Virus record (IMG/VR): IMGVR_UViG_3300037119_005132
Span: 1 to 63,824 of that record
DNA length: 63,824 nucleotides
Reading direction: 5' to 3' (one strand)
Source of the DNA: a virus
Lineage: Duplodnaviria; Caudoviricetes
Part shown: positions 27,588 to 35,958 of the stretch, piece by piece
Layout of the letters: every line of letters starts with the position of its first letter
How positions within the stretch are numbered: position 1 is the first letter of the stretch
Made by a program: the position numbers and the translations under genes
The notes under the pieces: generated by a model
Database searches by the model: none
The model's input: only the letters and a program-made list of their open reading frames with translations
Told to the model about the DNA's origin: nothing

Positions 27588-27901
27588 CCCGCACAGTGGA
27601 CGCCGACATCGTGCTCGCGGCACTGCACCAGATCGAGGACCACCTCTCGAGCCCTCACGCGAACGGCGCGCTGCGAGCGTCGAACGGCAGGCACGGCGTG
27701 CGCTCGCTCATCCAGCAGATCGAGAACGTGGCGGCGGATCACGCGGATGGGGGTGTCGCGGAAGCAGCCTGGAACGCTGGCGTCGCGGCGGCGGATCGGT
27801 ACGAAGAGTACGACGCCGAATGGCGTGCGGCTCGCAACCCCTACCGAGTGACCCACGAATCGAGCGACCCGGATCACACGAATGGGAGCGGGGATGACTG
27901 A
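27584..27901 (+). CDS. Hypothetical protein (105 aa)
   Basis: AW.AG....NPYR. Confidence 0.7.
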   Translation: MTRTVDADIVLAALHQIEDHLSSPHANGALRASNGRHGVRSLIQQIENVAADHADGGVAEAAWNAGVAAADRYEEYDAEWRAARNPYRVTHESSDPDHTNGSGDD

Positions 27902-28139
27902 GCCCGCACACGATGCCCGCGCCCGCTACTGCATCCAGATCGGCGTCCCGGTGGAGCATCTGCGCGACGACATCCGGTGTCCCGCGTGCGACGAGCTGCA
28001 CACGCTCATGCACATCGACCCAGACGTGAGCGAAGTCCTCACGCGCGAATCGTGGTGCGAGTCGTGCATCGCGGGCGACAAGCCCGAGATCCGACGGGGC
28101 ACCAAATCGAGCGATCCGTCGTCAGAGTCCAGTGGATGA
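27894..28139 (+). CDS. Small CxxC...CxxC protein (81 aa)
   Basis: CPAC, CESC. Confidence 0.65.
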   Translation: MTEPAHDARARYCIQIGVPVEHLRDDIRCPACDELHTLMHIDPDVSEVLTRESWCESCIAGDKPEIRRGTKSSDPSSESSG

Positions 28140-28338
28140 TCGCGAGATCGAGATCTGGTTCGATGTGCCCATGACGACGCGCTTCGAGCCTCATCGAACG
28201 AAGAGTCCTCGGCAGTGCGATCGCTGCAGGAAGCCGGCCAGGTGGAACCTCCGCCAGCCTGGTCGACTCACGGAGTACGTCTGTCAGGGTCACGCCGAGA
28301 TCGCCGCACGCACGCTCGGCATCCAGCCCCCGCGATAG
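28132..28338 (+). CDS. Small Zn-finger protein (68 aa)
   Basis: CDRC...C..H; followed by terminator. Confidence 0.65.
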   Translation: MDDREIEIWFDVPMTTRFEPHRTKSPRQCDRCRKPARWNLRQPGRLTEYVCQGHAEIAARTLGIQPPR

Positions 28339-28339
28339 C

Positions 28340-28382
28340 GAAAGCCCCCCCTCCGTCCTTCTGGGACGGAGGGGGGGCTTTC
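28340..28382 (+). terminator. Rho-independent terminator of left-arm operon
   Basis: GAAAGCCCCCCCTCCGTCC / GGACGGAGGGGGGGCTTTC inverted repeat. Confidence 0.85.
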
Positions 28383-28453
28383 TGTCGTCGCCCTTTGGGA
28401 TGGCGACACGGGGGAAACCGTTGCCGAGAAGCCTACCGAGTACCCTGAGCGGC

Positions 28454-28792
28454 ATGGCCACCGTTCTCGTCTCCATCGCGATCACCGCTCCCACCATCGG
28501 CACGCGCTCGAAGACGCGCACCGTCGAGATCCCGCCGGACTACGACCAGGAGTCGCGACGCGAGTTCTTCGTCCACTGGCTCGGACGCACCAACACCGAG
28601 CTCATCGAGGAGCAGGGCTGGATCGACCGCATCCGCGAAGCCGCGCTCGCGAACGACGCGAAGATCACCCGCATCGAGGAGCTCCTCACCGGCGAGGATG
28701 TCGACCCCGAGCTCCGCGACCAGATCACCGAGGTCATCCTCACCGAGCCCGCCGAGGCGATCGCGCTGTGGGGCGAGCCCGAGAACGAGTAG
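28454..28792 (+). CDS. Acidic hypothetical protein (112 aa), possibly leaderless
   Basis: High GC3; TACCCT 7 nt before ATG; no SD. Confidence 0.75.
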   Translation: MATVLVSIAITAPTIGTRSKTRTVEIPPDYDQESRREFFVHWLGRTNTELIEEQGWIDRIREAALANDAKITRIEELLTGEDVDPELRDQITEVILTEPAEAIALWGEPENE

Positions 28793-28932
28793 CCCGGTTC
28801 CCGCCGCCCTCGCGAGTTACGACGCCCTCTGCACCGGAAGGTGCCGTCAGCCTAGCGCGGGATGATGCCAGCCCAGACGAGCACGCCCACTTCGATGACC
28901 AGCAGTAGGACCACGGCCCACGAGAACCACTG

Positions 28933-28984
28933 AAACCCCGTCCCATTCTTCCCATTCGCGGGGAGGATGGGGCGGGGTTTTCTG
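28933..28984 (+). terminator. Terminator at convergence of the two arms
   Basis: AAACCCCGTCCCATTCTTCCC..GGGAGGATGGGGCGGGGTTTT. Confidence 0.75.
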
Positions 28985-29059
28985 CGTTGACGGCCCACGC
29001 GCTGCACGCGAAAAAGCCACGTGATCGACCAGCGCGGTCGGTCGTCCTCGACCACGGAT

Positions 29060-29926
29060 CTAGTTCGTGAACTCGCCGCCACGCACCACGACGCCGAGGA
29101 CGAGAACGTCACCCGAGCCCGCCGGTGCATGGACCTTGATCCGCAAGTACTTGTCGTCGGTGCTGAGCCGCGTCTCGATGGGGATCAGCACGCGGGTGTA
29201 GCCGGGCGTGCCGCGCACCTCCTGCCGGCCGAGCGACGTGTCCGCGAGCGAGCCGTCCTTCTGCCGCTCGCTCACGATCGGCTCGACCTGCACCGCCTCG
29301 AGCAGCGGGTCGATCGGCAGGTTGTCGAACGCGATGTACGCGACCGCCGAGATGTGATCGTTCGGGCCGGTCGCGATCTTCGTGTTCACCGGGCTCTTCG
29401 TGACCAGCAGGAACTCCGCCTCCCCGTCACGGATGGTCTGCGTGCCGTCCGTGTCGAGCTCGAAGTCCTTCTTGAACGAACTGACCTTCATGTCATCCTC
29501 CGGTGGGGGTGTCGAGCCGCCGACGTACTTCTCGAAGTCGATGGTGGGTGCGGCCCAGATGTTGCCCGGCCACAGGGTCTGGTGCAAATGGCTGCCGTAG
29601 TACCAGTCGCTCCCGTATCCGCTGGCACCGCTGACGCCGATCTTCTGGCCCTTGCTGACGCGCTGACCCTTGGACACGCTGGTCGACGACAGGTGCAGAG
29701 CGCGCGCCGTGCGGCCGTCGTCCAGGCTGACGGTGACGTAGCGCCCTGTCGCGGACGAGTTCGACGACTTCACGTCCTCGATGGTCCCCGCGCCAGGCGA
29801 GTCCACCGTGGTCCCGCTGGACGAGGCGTAGTCAGTGCCGGGCTCCGACGAGGGTGGAGTCCGGTTCTTGTGGTTCGCCCAGTCCGCGCTGACGTAGATG
29901 TCACCGACCGGGTATGCGTAGCCCAT
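29060..29926 (-). CDS. Endolysin, M23 peptidase (288 aa)
   Basis: H...PGTDY, G..V.V, LHLS...V.KGQRV.KGQ.IG.SG.SG, HLHQT. Confidence 0.88.
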   Translation of the reverse strand: MGYAYPVGDIYVSADWANHKNRTPPSSEPGTDYASSSGTTVDSPGAGTIEDVKSSNSSATGRYVTVSLDDGRTARALHLSSTSVSKGQRVSKGQKIGVSGASGYGSDWYYGSHLHQTLWPGNIWAAPTIDFEKYVGGSTPPPEDDMKVSSFKKDFELDTDGTQTIRDGEAEFLLVTKSPVNTKIATGPNDHISAVAYIAFDNLPIDPLLEAVQVEPIVSERQKDGSLADTSLGRQEVRGTPGYTRVLIPIETRLSTDDKYLRIKVHAPAGSGDVLVLGVVVRGGEFTN

Positions 29927-29928
29927 GC

Positions 29929-30210
29929 TCAGGCTTCGGCGTCGGGCGGAATCTCGCCGGCGGCGACCGCCTGGATGGCGCTCAGGATCATGGCGTCGGT
30001 GATGACGCCCTCGTCTGCGCCGGGGTTGTCGACCCCGCCCGCGACGGCCGACGCCCACGCGGCGTCCCAGCCGGGCTGCGCCACGATCTCCCAGTACCGG
30101 GGGTACAGCCAGCCCTGCGGATCGAGGGTGCCCTCCTTCGCGACGCCTGCGGTCACGCGGCGCTTGAGAGCAATGTCTTCGGCCATGTCAGCCACGTCGT
30201 TGTACGTCAT
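29929..30210 (-). CDS. Small protein downstream of tail fibre (93 aa)
   Basis: PGW..AW.SA...PG.D..VITD.MILSA.Q. Confidence 0.8.
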   Translation of the reverse strand: MTYNDVADMAEDIALKRRVTAGVAKEGTLDPQGWLYPRYWEIVAQPGWDAAWASAVAGGVDNPGADEGVITDAMILSAIQAVAAGEIPPDAEA

Positions 30211-30239
30211 GCGCTCATTCTCCTCTGTGTGTCAACTGC

Positions 30240-33200
30240 TCAGTTCGGGTCCATGATCGCGGTCCAGAACACCGTGCCCGACGACGAGCCCGCCGCCGTC
30301 CAGTTCGCGATGATCGCGGTGAAGCCGTCCACGGTGGGGACAGCACCCGAGCCGTTGAACGCGAGGTTCAGACGCGACTGGGTGGCAACCATCGACACCG
30401 TGGGCGCACGCTGGAACAGCCCAGCCGGGAACGTCACCGCCTGGGTAATGTTCGAGTTCGAGGCGATCGCGGCGATCGCGAACGACCCGGTCTGAACGAT
30501 CGGGGCGCCCCATGACCACGGCGACCAGGTGGCGCCGCTGTCCGCCGATGTGCGCCGCCAGGTGCGCATGTCCTGCACGCCTGCGGCCTGGTAGGCGCGC
30601 TGGAACTCCTGCCGAACGTAGACGCCGCTGACCTGCACGATGAGCACGCCCGCCGCCGTGCTCGTCGGGCTGTTGGCGGCGGACGGCGCGTTGTAGAAGC
30701 CCGGGGTGAGAGCGGTGTTGCAGTCCGCGGTCGTGCGGGCGAACTTCTCCTCGAGCGTGCGCGGCGTGATGATGCGACTATGGTCGGTGCGCGCCAGCAT
30801 CTCGGCGCTGGTCGCGATCTCCGCGATGCCGGCCACCGTCTCCGTCGCCTGCACGTCGGCGGGCGGGATCACGATGGCAGCGATGCGCTGTGCCAACTTG
30901 AGCGGCGTGACGATGCGCAGATCATCGGTGCCCGCCGAGACCTCGGCTGTCGTCGCAAGCTCCGCCTTGCCAGCGACGGTCTCTGTCGCTTGGACCTCGG
31001 CGGGAGCCGCGGCAATGACAGCGGCGTTGAAGTCGGTGATCTGTGACGCGGTGTGCGTATGGCTCAGCGGCGCCTTGGTGTCGGCCACGCCCTTGAGGCC
31101 GAGCGGCGTGACGATGCGCGTGTGGTCCGTGCCCGCCGCGGCCTCCGCCACCGTCGCGAGCTCGGCGGCACCCTTCACGGTCTCCGAGGCATCCGCCACC
31201 GAGCCGGGAGGGATCGCCGCGATGCGCTGCTGCAGCTTGAGCGGCGTCACGAAGCGGAGGTCATCCGTACCCGTCGTCACCTCCGCAGTGGTGGCGATCT
31301 CCGCGATGCCGGCCGCGGTCTCGGTCGCCTGCACCGGGCCAGCTGCGGGTGCGGCCCACTTCACGCCGCCCTGCGCCACCGCGGAGTCGGCGGTGAGTAC
31401 CTGCCCGTTCGCGCCGACAGGGATCAGCGTGACCCCATCGGCGTCGGCCATTCCGACGAGTATCGAGCCCGTGCTGACGTAGTGCGAGAAGGGGACGTAG
31501 TTCTGCAGCCGCTGGTCGAGGACGAACTTGACTCCGGCAGGGTGGACAGCGCGCGTGCCATCGGTGCCGGTTGCTGTCTCTGCAGCCGTCGCGAGCTCGA
31601 CGATGCCCTGCACGGTCTCGGATGCGATTGGAGGCGTGTACACCGGGATCGCGGCGATCCGTTGCGCGAGTTTGAGCGGGGTGACGATGCGGAGGTCGTC
31701 GGTCCCCGCCGTGGTCTCGGCCTGAGTGGCGATCTCGGCCTTGCCGGCGACCGTCTCGGTGGCCTGCACCTCGGCAGGCGCCGCCGCGAGGGCGGCGGCG
31801 TTGAAGTCGGTGATCTGACTGGCGGTGTGCGTGTGCGCCAGCGGCGCCTTCGTGTCACCCACTGCCTTGACGCCCGCCGGAGTCACGGCCCGAACCGTAT
31901 CGACCCCGGCGGTCGCCTCGGCCACGGTAGCCAGTTCGACCTTGCCCTGCACCGTCTCACTCGCCAGGGGAACCGCAGCGGGGACAGCAGTGGCGAAGTC
32001 AGTGATCTGGCTCGCGGTATGGGTATGGCTCAGCGGGGCGAGGCCATCGGTGACGCCCTTGAGTTTGAGCGGGGTGACGATCCGCGCATCGTCTGTTCCG
32101 GTCGTCACCTCCGCAGTCGTTGCGATCTCGGCGATGCCGGCGACGGTCTCCGTAGCCGCGCTCGGCGCTGGCGGGACGAACGCGGCGAGCCGCTGCTGCA
32201 GCTTGAGGGGCGTGACCGCCCGCTGATCATCGGTGCCGGTGGTCACCTCGGCCTGCGTGGCAAGCTCGATCTTGCCCTGGCCGGACTCCGTGGCCTGCGG
32301 GGTGGCGGCGAACACCGCCGATGCGAAGTTCGTGATGTCGGTCGACACGTGGGTGTGACCGGTCGGCGAGTAGCCGGCAAGCTTCTGCTGCAGTTTCAGC
32401 GGCGACACGATGCGAGCGTCATCCGTGCCCGTGGTCGTCTCCGCCTGAGTGGCGATCTCGGCGACGCCCTTCACCGTCTCCGTCGCGTCTGCGACCGTGC
32501 CCGGAGGAATCGCAGCGATCCGCTGAGCGAGCTTGAGGGGCGTGACGAACCGGAGGTCGTCCGTGCCGGTGGTCACCTCTGCGGCGGTCGCGATCTCCGC
32601 CTTGCCCTGCACGGTCTCGGATGCCGCGGGGACGGCGGCCGGGACCGCGGTCGCAAAGTCGCTGATCTGCGAGGACGTGTGCGTGTGGCTCGTCGGGGCC
32701 TTGCCGTCGAGCAGTGGCTTGAGTCCGGCGGGGTGCACGGCGCGCGTCGCATCCGTGCCAGTGGCCGTCTCCGCCGCGGTGGCGAGTTCGACGATGCCCT
32801 GTACCGTCTCGCTCGCGACCGGGATGGTGGGCGTGAATCCGGCGAGCCGGGATGCCAGCTTCTGCGGCGTGACGATGCGGCTATCGTCGGTGCCGGCGTT
32901 GGTCTCCGCCTGCGTCGCGACCTCCGCGATACCCTTCACGGACTCGGAGGCATCGACCGGCGTCCAGCCGCCGCCGCTGCCGGCGCCGCCGACGTCCACC
33001 CACGACGACCACACCAGGGTGACCGGATCGAACACCCGGCGCCAGGTGTTCGACACCGTCGAGACGATCTGCGACGGCGAGATGAGCTCCTGCACGATGC
33101 GGCCGACGACGCTGCCGCCCTCGATGGTGAACACATGGCCGACGAAGTTGGCCAGCGTGGGCCCGTTCAACGCCTGCGAGCCCCAGTAGAAGCCAGGCTC

Positions 33201-33425
33201 GGTGGCGTCATCCCAGTCGGCGACCTCCATCGAGTCGATCGAGATCGTGTACGGCTCGTCGAACGTGCCGAGACCGTCCATCTCGAGCCCGGAGCCAGCG
33301 GTCAGGTAGTCCGACAGGTCGATGACGTTCGCCTGCCCTACCGCCCGCTCCAACGCGACGATGCGCTTGCGAACCTCGGTCAGCACATCTTCGAGGGAGC
33401 GTGGGGCATCCCCCACGCCGGTCAT
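30240..33425 (-). CDS. Tail fibre with 13 AT.AE...GTDD.R.VTP repeats (1061 aa)
   Basis: T4 gp12/gp34-like repeats, five HTH (HxH) motifs, two knob-like segments. Confidence 0.88.
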   Translation of the reverse strand: MTGVGDAPRSLEDVLTEVRKRIVALERAVGQANVIDLSDYLTAGSGLEMDGLGTFDEPYTISIDSMEVADWDDATEPGFYWGSQALNGPTLANFVGHVFTIEGGSVVGRIVQELISPSQIVSTVSNTWRRVFDPVTLVWSSWVDVGGAGSGGGWTPVDASESVKGIAEVATQAETNAGTDDSRIVTPQKLASRLAGFTPTIPVASETVQGIVELATAAETATGTDATRAVHPAGLKPLLDGKAPTSHTHTSSQISDFATAVPAAVPAASETVQGKAEIATAAEVTTGTDDLRFVTPLKLAQRIAAIPPGTVADATETVKGVAEIATQAETTTGTDDARIVSPLKLQQKLAGYSPTGHTHVSTDITNFASAVFAATPQATESGQGKIELATQAEVTTGTDDQRAVTPLKLQQRLAAFVPPAPSAATETVAGIAEIATTAEVTTGTDDARIVTPLKLKGVTDGLAPLSHTHTASQITDFATAVPAAVPLASETVQGKVELATVAEATAGVDTVRAVTPAGVKAVGDTKAPLAHTHTASQITDFNAAALAAAPAEVQATETVAGKAEIATQAETTAGTDDLRIVTPLKLAQRIAAIPVYTPPIASETVQGIVELATAAETATGTDGTRAVHPAGVKFVLDQRLQNYVPFSHYVSTGSILVGMADADGVTLIPVGANGQVLTADSAVAQGGVKWAAPAAGPVQATETAAGIAEIATTAEVTTGTDDLRFVTPLKLQQRIAAIPPGSVADASETVKGAAELATVAEAAAGTDHTRIVTPLGLKGVADTKAPLSHTHTASQITDFNAAVIAAAPAEVQATETVAGKAELATTAEVSAGTDDLRIVTPLKLAQRIAAIVIPPADVQATETVAGIAEIATSAEMLARTDHSRIITPRTLEEKFARTTADCNTALTPGFYNAPSAANSPTSTAAGVLIVQVSGVYVRQEFQRAYQAAGVQDMRTWRRTSADSGATWSPWSWGAPIVQTGSFAIAAIASNSNITQAVTFPAGLFQRAPTVSMVATQSRLNLAFNGSGAVPTVDGFTAIIANWTAAGSSSGTVFWTAIMDPN

Positions 33426-33850
33426 GTCAGCGCCGAGCCGATCTTGACGCCCGCCCAGACATCGCCGGCGTGAACCAGCGTGATCCAGTCCGTCGCGTTC
33501 GCGGCGGCGGTTAGCACGGGGTCCGTGCCGCCGGGCCAGATCACTGCGGCCGGCCAGGTGATGGTGCGACCGCCCACCGAGTCCTGCGCGATCAGCAGAT
33601 CGAGCCGGGAGCCGTTGGAGGGGAGGTTCACGCTGGTCGGGCTAGCGTGCAGCAGGATGCGCGCCACGGCGGCGGGTGCCAGCTGCCCGAGGTCGAGCGT
33701 GCCGGTGTCATCCTGGGTGATCGTGTCGGGCGTCGGCGCGACCGAAATCACGAATGGGTTGTTGACCGAGCCGATGCCCTCCACGACAACGCCGGACCCG
33801 GCCTTGATCGTGCAGGAACAGGCGTTCCCGGCGCAGCTGCACTTTGGCAT
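33422..33850 (-). CDS. Minor tail protein (142 aa)
   Basis: CSC..C.C.I.AG.G..V.G.GS...P.VIS; QD..GGRTITWP. Confidence 0.75.
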   Translation of the reverse strand: MPKCSCAGNACSCTIKAGSGVVVEGIGSVNNPFVISVAPTPDTITQDDTGTLDLGQLAPAAVARILLHASPTSVNLPSNGSRLDLLIAQDSVGGRTITWPAAVIWPGGTDPVLTAAANATDWITLVHAGDVWAGVKIGSALT

Positions 33851-35958
33851 CAGGGCTCCTCTCCTTCTTCTTCGTCAGCATCCGGCTTGGTCGCCGGCAC
33901 CAGGGTGACCTGCACCGTTTCCCCCTCGGGGGTCTCGGAGACGGTGAGCTTGTCGAGCTTCTGCACCTGCGAGAACTGCCGCGCGTTCAGCGTAGCCAGC
34001 AGCGGCATGTAGGTGCCAGGCACCAGGGTGTCCATCGTGATGCCGTTGCTCAGCCGGATGCTCGCATTGTCCGGCACGCGCACCTCGACCGGAACCGGCG
34101 AGCGGCCGGACAGGTTGCGCTTGGCCTGCGAGTTCAGATCGCCCTGCGTCGGCGGGTTGGTGTCGTTCTCGTCGTAGACAGTGAACATCTTGGTCCACGG
34201 TCCGTAGTAGTCGAGGTAGGGATCACCCTTACCGATGTGCGGATCCGGACCAGAGAGCGTGGTGCGGAACATGTGCCAGACCGAGCCGAGTCCGCCGTAG
34301 TAGACCCGCAGCGAGCCGTTCGGGTTGAGCCGGAACGTAGCGCGGCCGACGGACGTGTACTGGCTGGCAACGCTGCCCGGGAACGCCGGGGTGCTCGGGC
34401 CGGTGAAGCCCTCCGCCACCAGGTTCCCCGCCGGGCCCTCCTTGAGGTACACCACGCCGCCGATGGTGATCAGCGCCGCCCACTTGCTGCCGGATCGGCG
34501 CACCGTGATCGCCTGCGGGATCGCGCCGCCGTTGATCGGCACGGTGCGGAATGGTCCCCACTGCCCGTTGGCATCGAGGTTCGGCGAGGTGGACCGCGAC
34601 ACCACGAGTCGGTCCGGGGTCGCGCCGGTGTCGACCGCGAACAGTAGCCAACTCTCGTTCGCCTGATCCCAGTACAGGCTGGGCGAGACGAGCGTCATGC
34701 CGGCCGGCGCGGTATGGATGAGGATCTTGCTCGTGAAGTCCCTGCCGTCATCGGTGCGCGAGCGGTACATGTTCTGGCCGTCCATCCAGAACAGCCAGAT
34801 CCGATCGTCGTCGCTGAGCGCGATGTCCGGGTAATCACCGGTCGTGAACGTGATCGCTGCCGGCGGATCGCCGACGGTGCCAGAGTCGGCATCGACGCTC
34901 TTCTTCGACGGCGTCACCCACTTGGTGCCGTTCTTCGACGCAGACAGCCGCATCTTCCGCACCCCGGCGGTCGGCTGGTACGCCATCCAGAACCGATAGC
35001 CGTGCCACGACCGACCCTCGCCGAAGTCGATCAACGAGGGCCAGCGCGGACGGCTGCCCTCGGGTGGCATCGTCTGCAGTTCGCCGTACGGACCGGACTT
35101 CTCCGTCACCCGCCAGTCGGTCGGGGTGCCACCCGCACCGCCATACTGGCCCTTGTCCCCCACCGCGAATGCCACCGAAGCATGGTCCGAGCCGTACGCG
35201 GTGACGATGATCTCGCCGTTGAAGTCCGCCTCCGTCAGCACCCGGGTCCGGCCGAGCTCGCGCGAGACATCCCAGATGTGCAGCGCACGACCAACCACCG
35301 TGTAGTCGATGCCGCCGGTGCGCGCGTAGTTGTCCATGTGCTCGCCGACGCTCATCTGGAACGGCGTGGTGACGGCGCTGGTGCGCGCTTCATTCGCGGA
35401 GTGATGCACCACGACGTGAGGCAGCACATTCGCCGGTCGGGGAATCAGGGCGCCGGTGACCGGATCGACGTCGGTCAGCTGCTCCCAGGCAGGCAGCGAG
35501 ACCGGGTCTCCCTTGTCGCTGACGTAGGTATACGAGTGGGTGAGCTCGTAGGCGATGATGCCCTCGAGCCGCTTGGTGACCGTGTCGTTGTGCGGGTACT
35601 TGTTGCTCCACCTGACCGACAACGGCCGGCCGAACAGGTAGTCGGTGATGTCCTTCGCGCGAATCTCCACCCAGTCGGCGTGCCAGCCGACCAGCGAGAT
35701 TGGCCCCTCCCAGACGCGCTTGTCGCCGCGGTAGATGACGAGCTCGGTGCGCTTGGGCTCGATCGACGCGAGCAGGTCCGCCTGCGCAGAGCACGCTGCC
35801 CCGCGCAGCGTGACGTACGCCTCGCTGGTGGCGTCGCGGACCCGCCCCCACTGCACGCTGGCGATGTCGATGAGCTCAGCAATACGCCGCACTCCGCCGC
35901 GGTCGGTGATGTAGACGTGGTGGTTCGCGACACAGTCCTCGCCGTAGACGCCCAGCAT
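33850..35958 (-). CDS. Minor tail/baseplate protein with inserted sialidase-like segment (702 aa)
   Basis: ReqiPepy6 gp37-like start (EL.IYR...RVWEGP); Asp-box-like S.NG..W and T.DG..F. Confidence 0.75.
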   Translation of the reverse strand: MLGVYGEDCVANHHVYITDRGGVRRIAELIDIASVQWGRVRDATSEAYVTLRGAACSAQADLLASIEPKRTELVIYRGDKRVWEGPISLVGWHADWVEIRAKDITDYLFGRPLSVRWSNKYPHNDTVTKRLEGIIAYELTHSYTYVSDKGDPVSLPAWEQLTDVDPVTGALIPRPANVLPHVVVHHSANEARTSAVTTPFQMSVGEHMDNYARTGGIDYTVVGRALHIWDVSRELGRTRVLTEADFNGEIIVTAYGSDHASVAFAVGDKGQYGGAGGTPTDWRVTEKSGPYGELQTMPPEGSRPRWPSLIDFGEGRSWHGYRFWMAYQPTAGVRKMRLSASKNGTKWVTPSKKSVDADSGTVGDPPAAITFTTGDYPDIALSDDDRIWLFWMDGQNMYRSRTDDGRDFTSKILIHTAPAGMTLVSPSLYWDQANESWLLFAVDTGATPDRLVVSRSTSPNLDANGQWGPFRTVPINGGAIPQAITVRRSGSKWAALITIGGVVYLKEGPAGNLVAEGFTGPSTPAFPGSVASQYTSVGRATFRLNPNGSLRVYYGGLGSVWHMFRTTLSGPDPHIGKGDPYLDYYGPWTKMFTVYDENDTNPPTQGDLNSQAKRNLSGRSPVPVEVRVPDNASIRLSNGITMDTLVPGTYMPLLATLNARQFSQVQKLDKLTVSETPEGETVQVTLVPATKPDADEEEGEEP

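Noticed and set aside
28852-29130. Hydrophobic - strand ORF after the endolysin as a holin
   Set aside because: No credible start or RBS near the hydrophobic part and it runs through a terminator; not fully excluded.
30800-32960. DNA repeats resembling an array or DGR target
   Set aside because: They are in-frame protein repeats of the fibre; no reverse transcriptase or adenine-specific variation seen.
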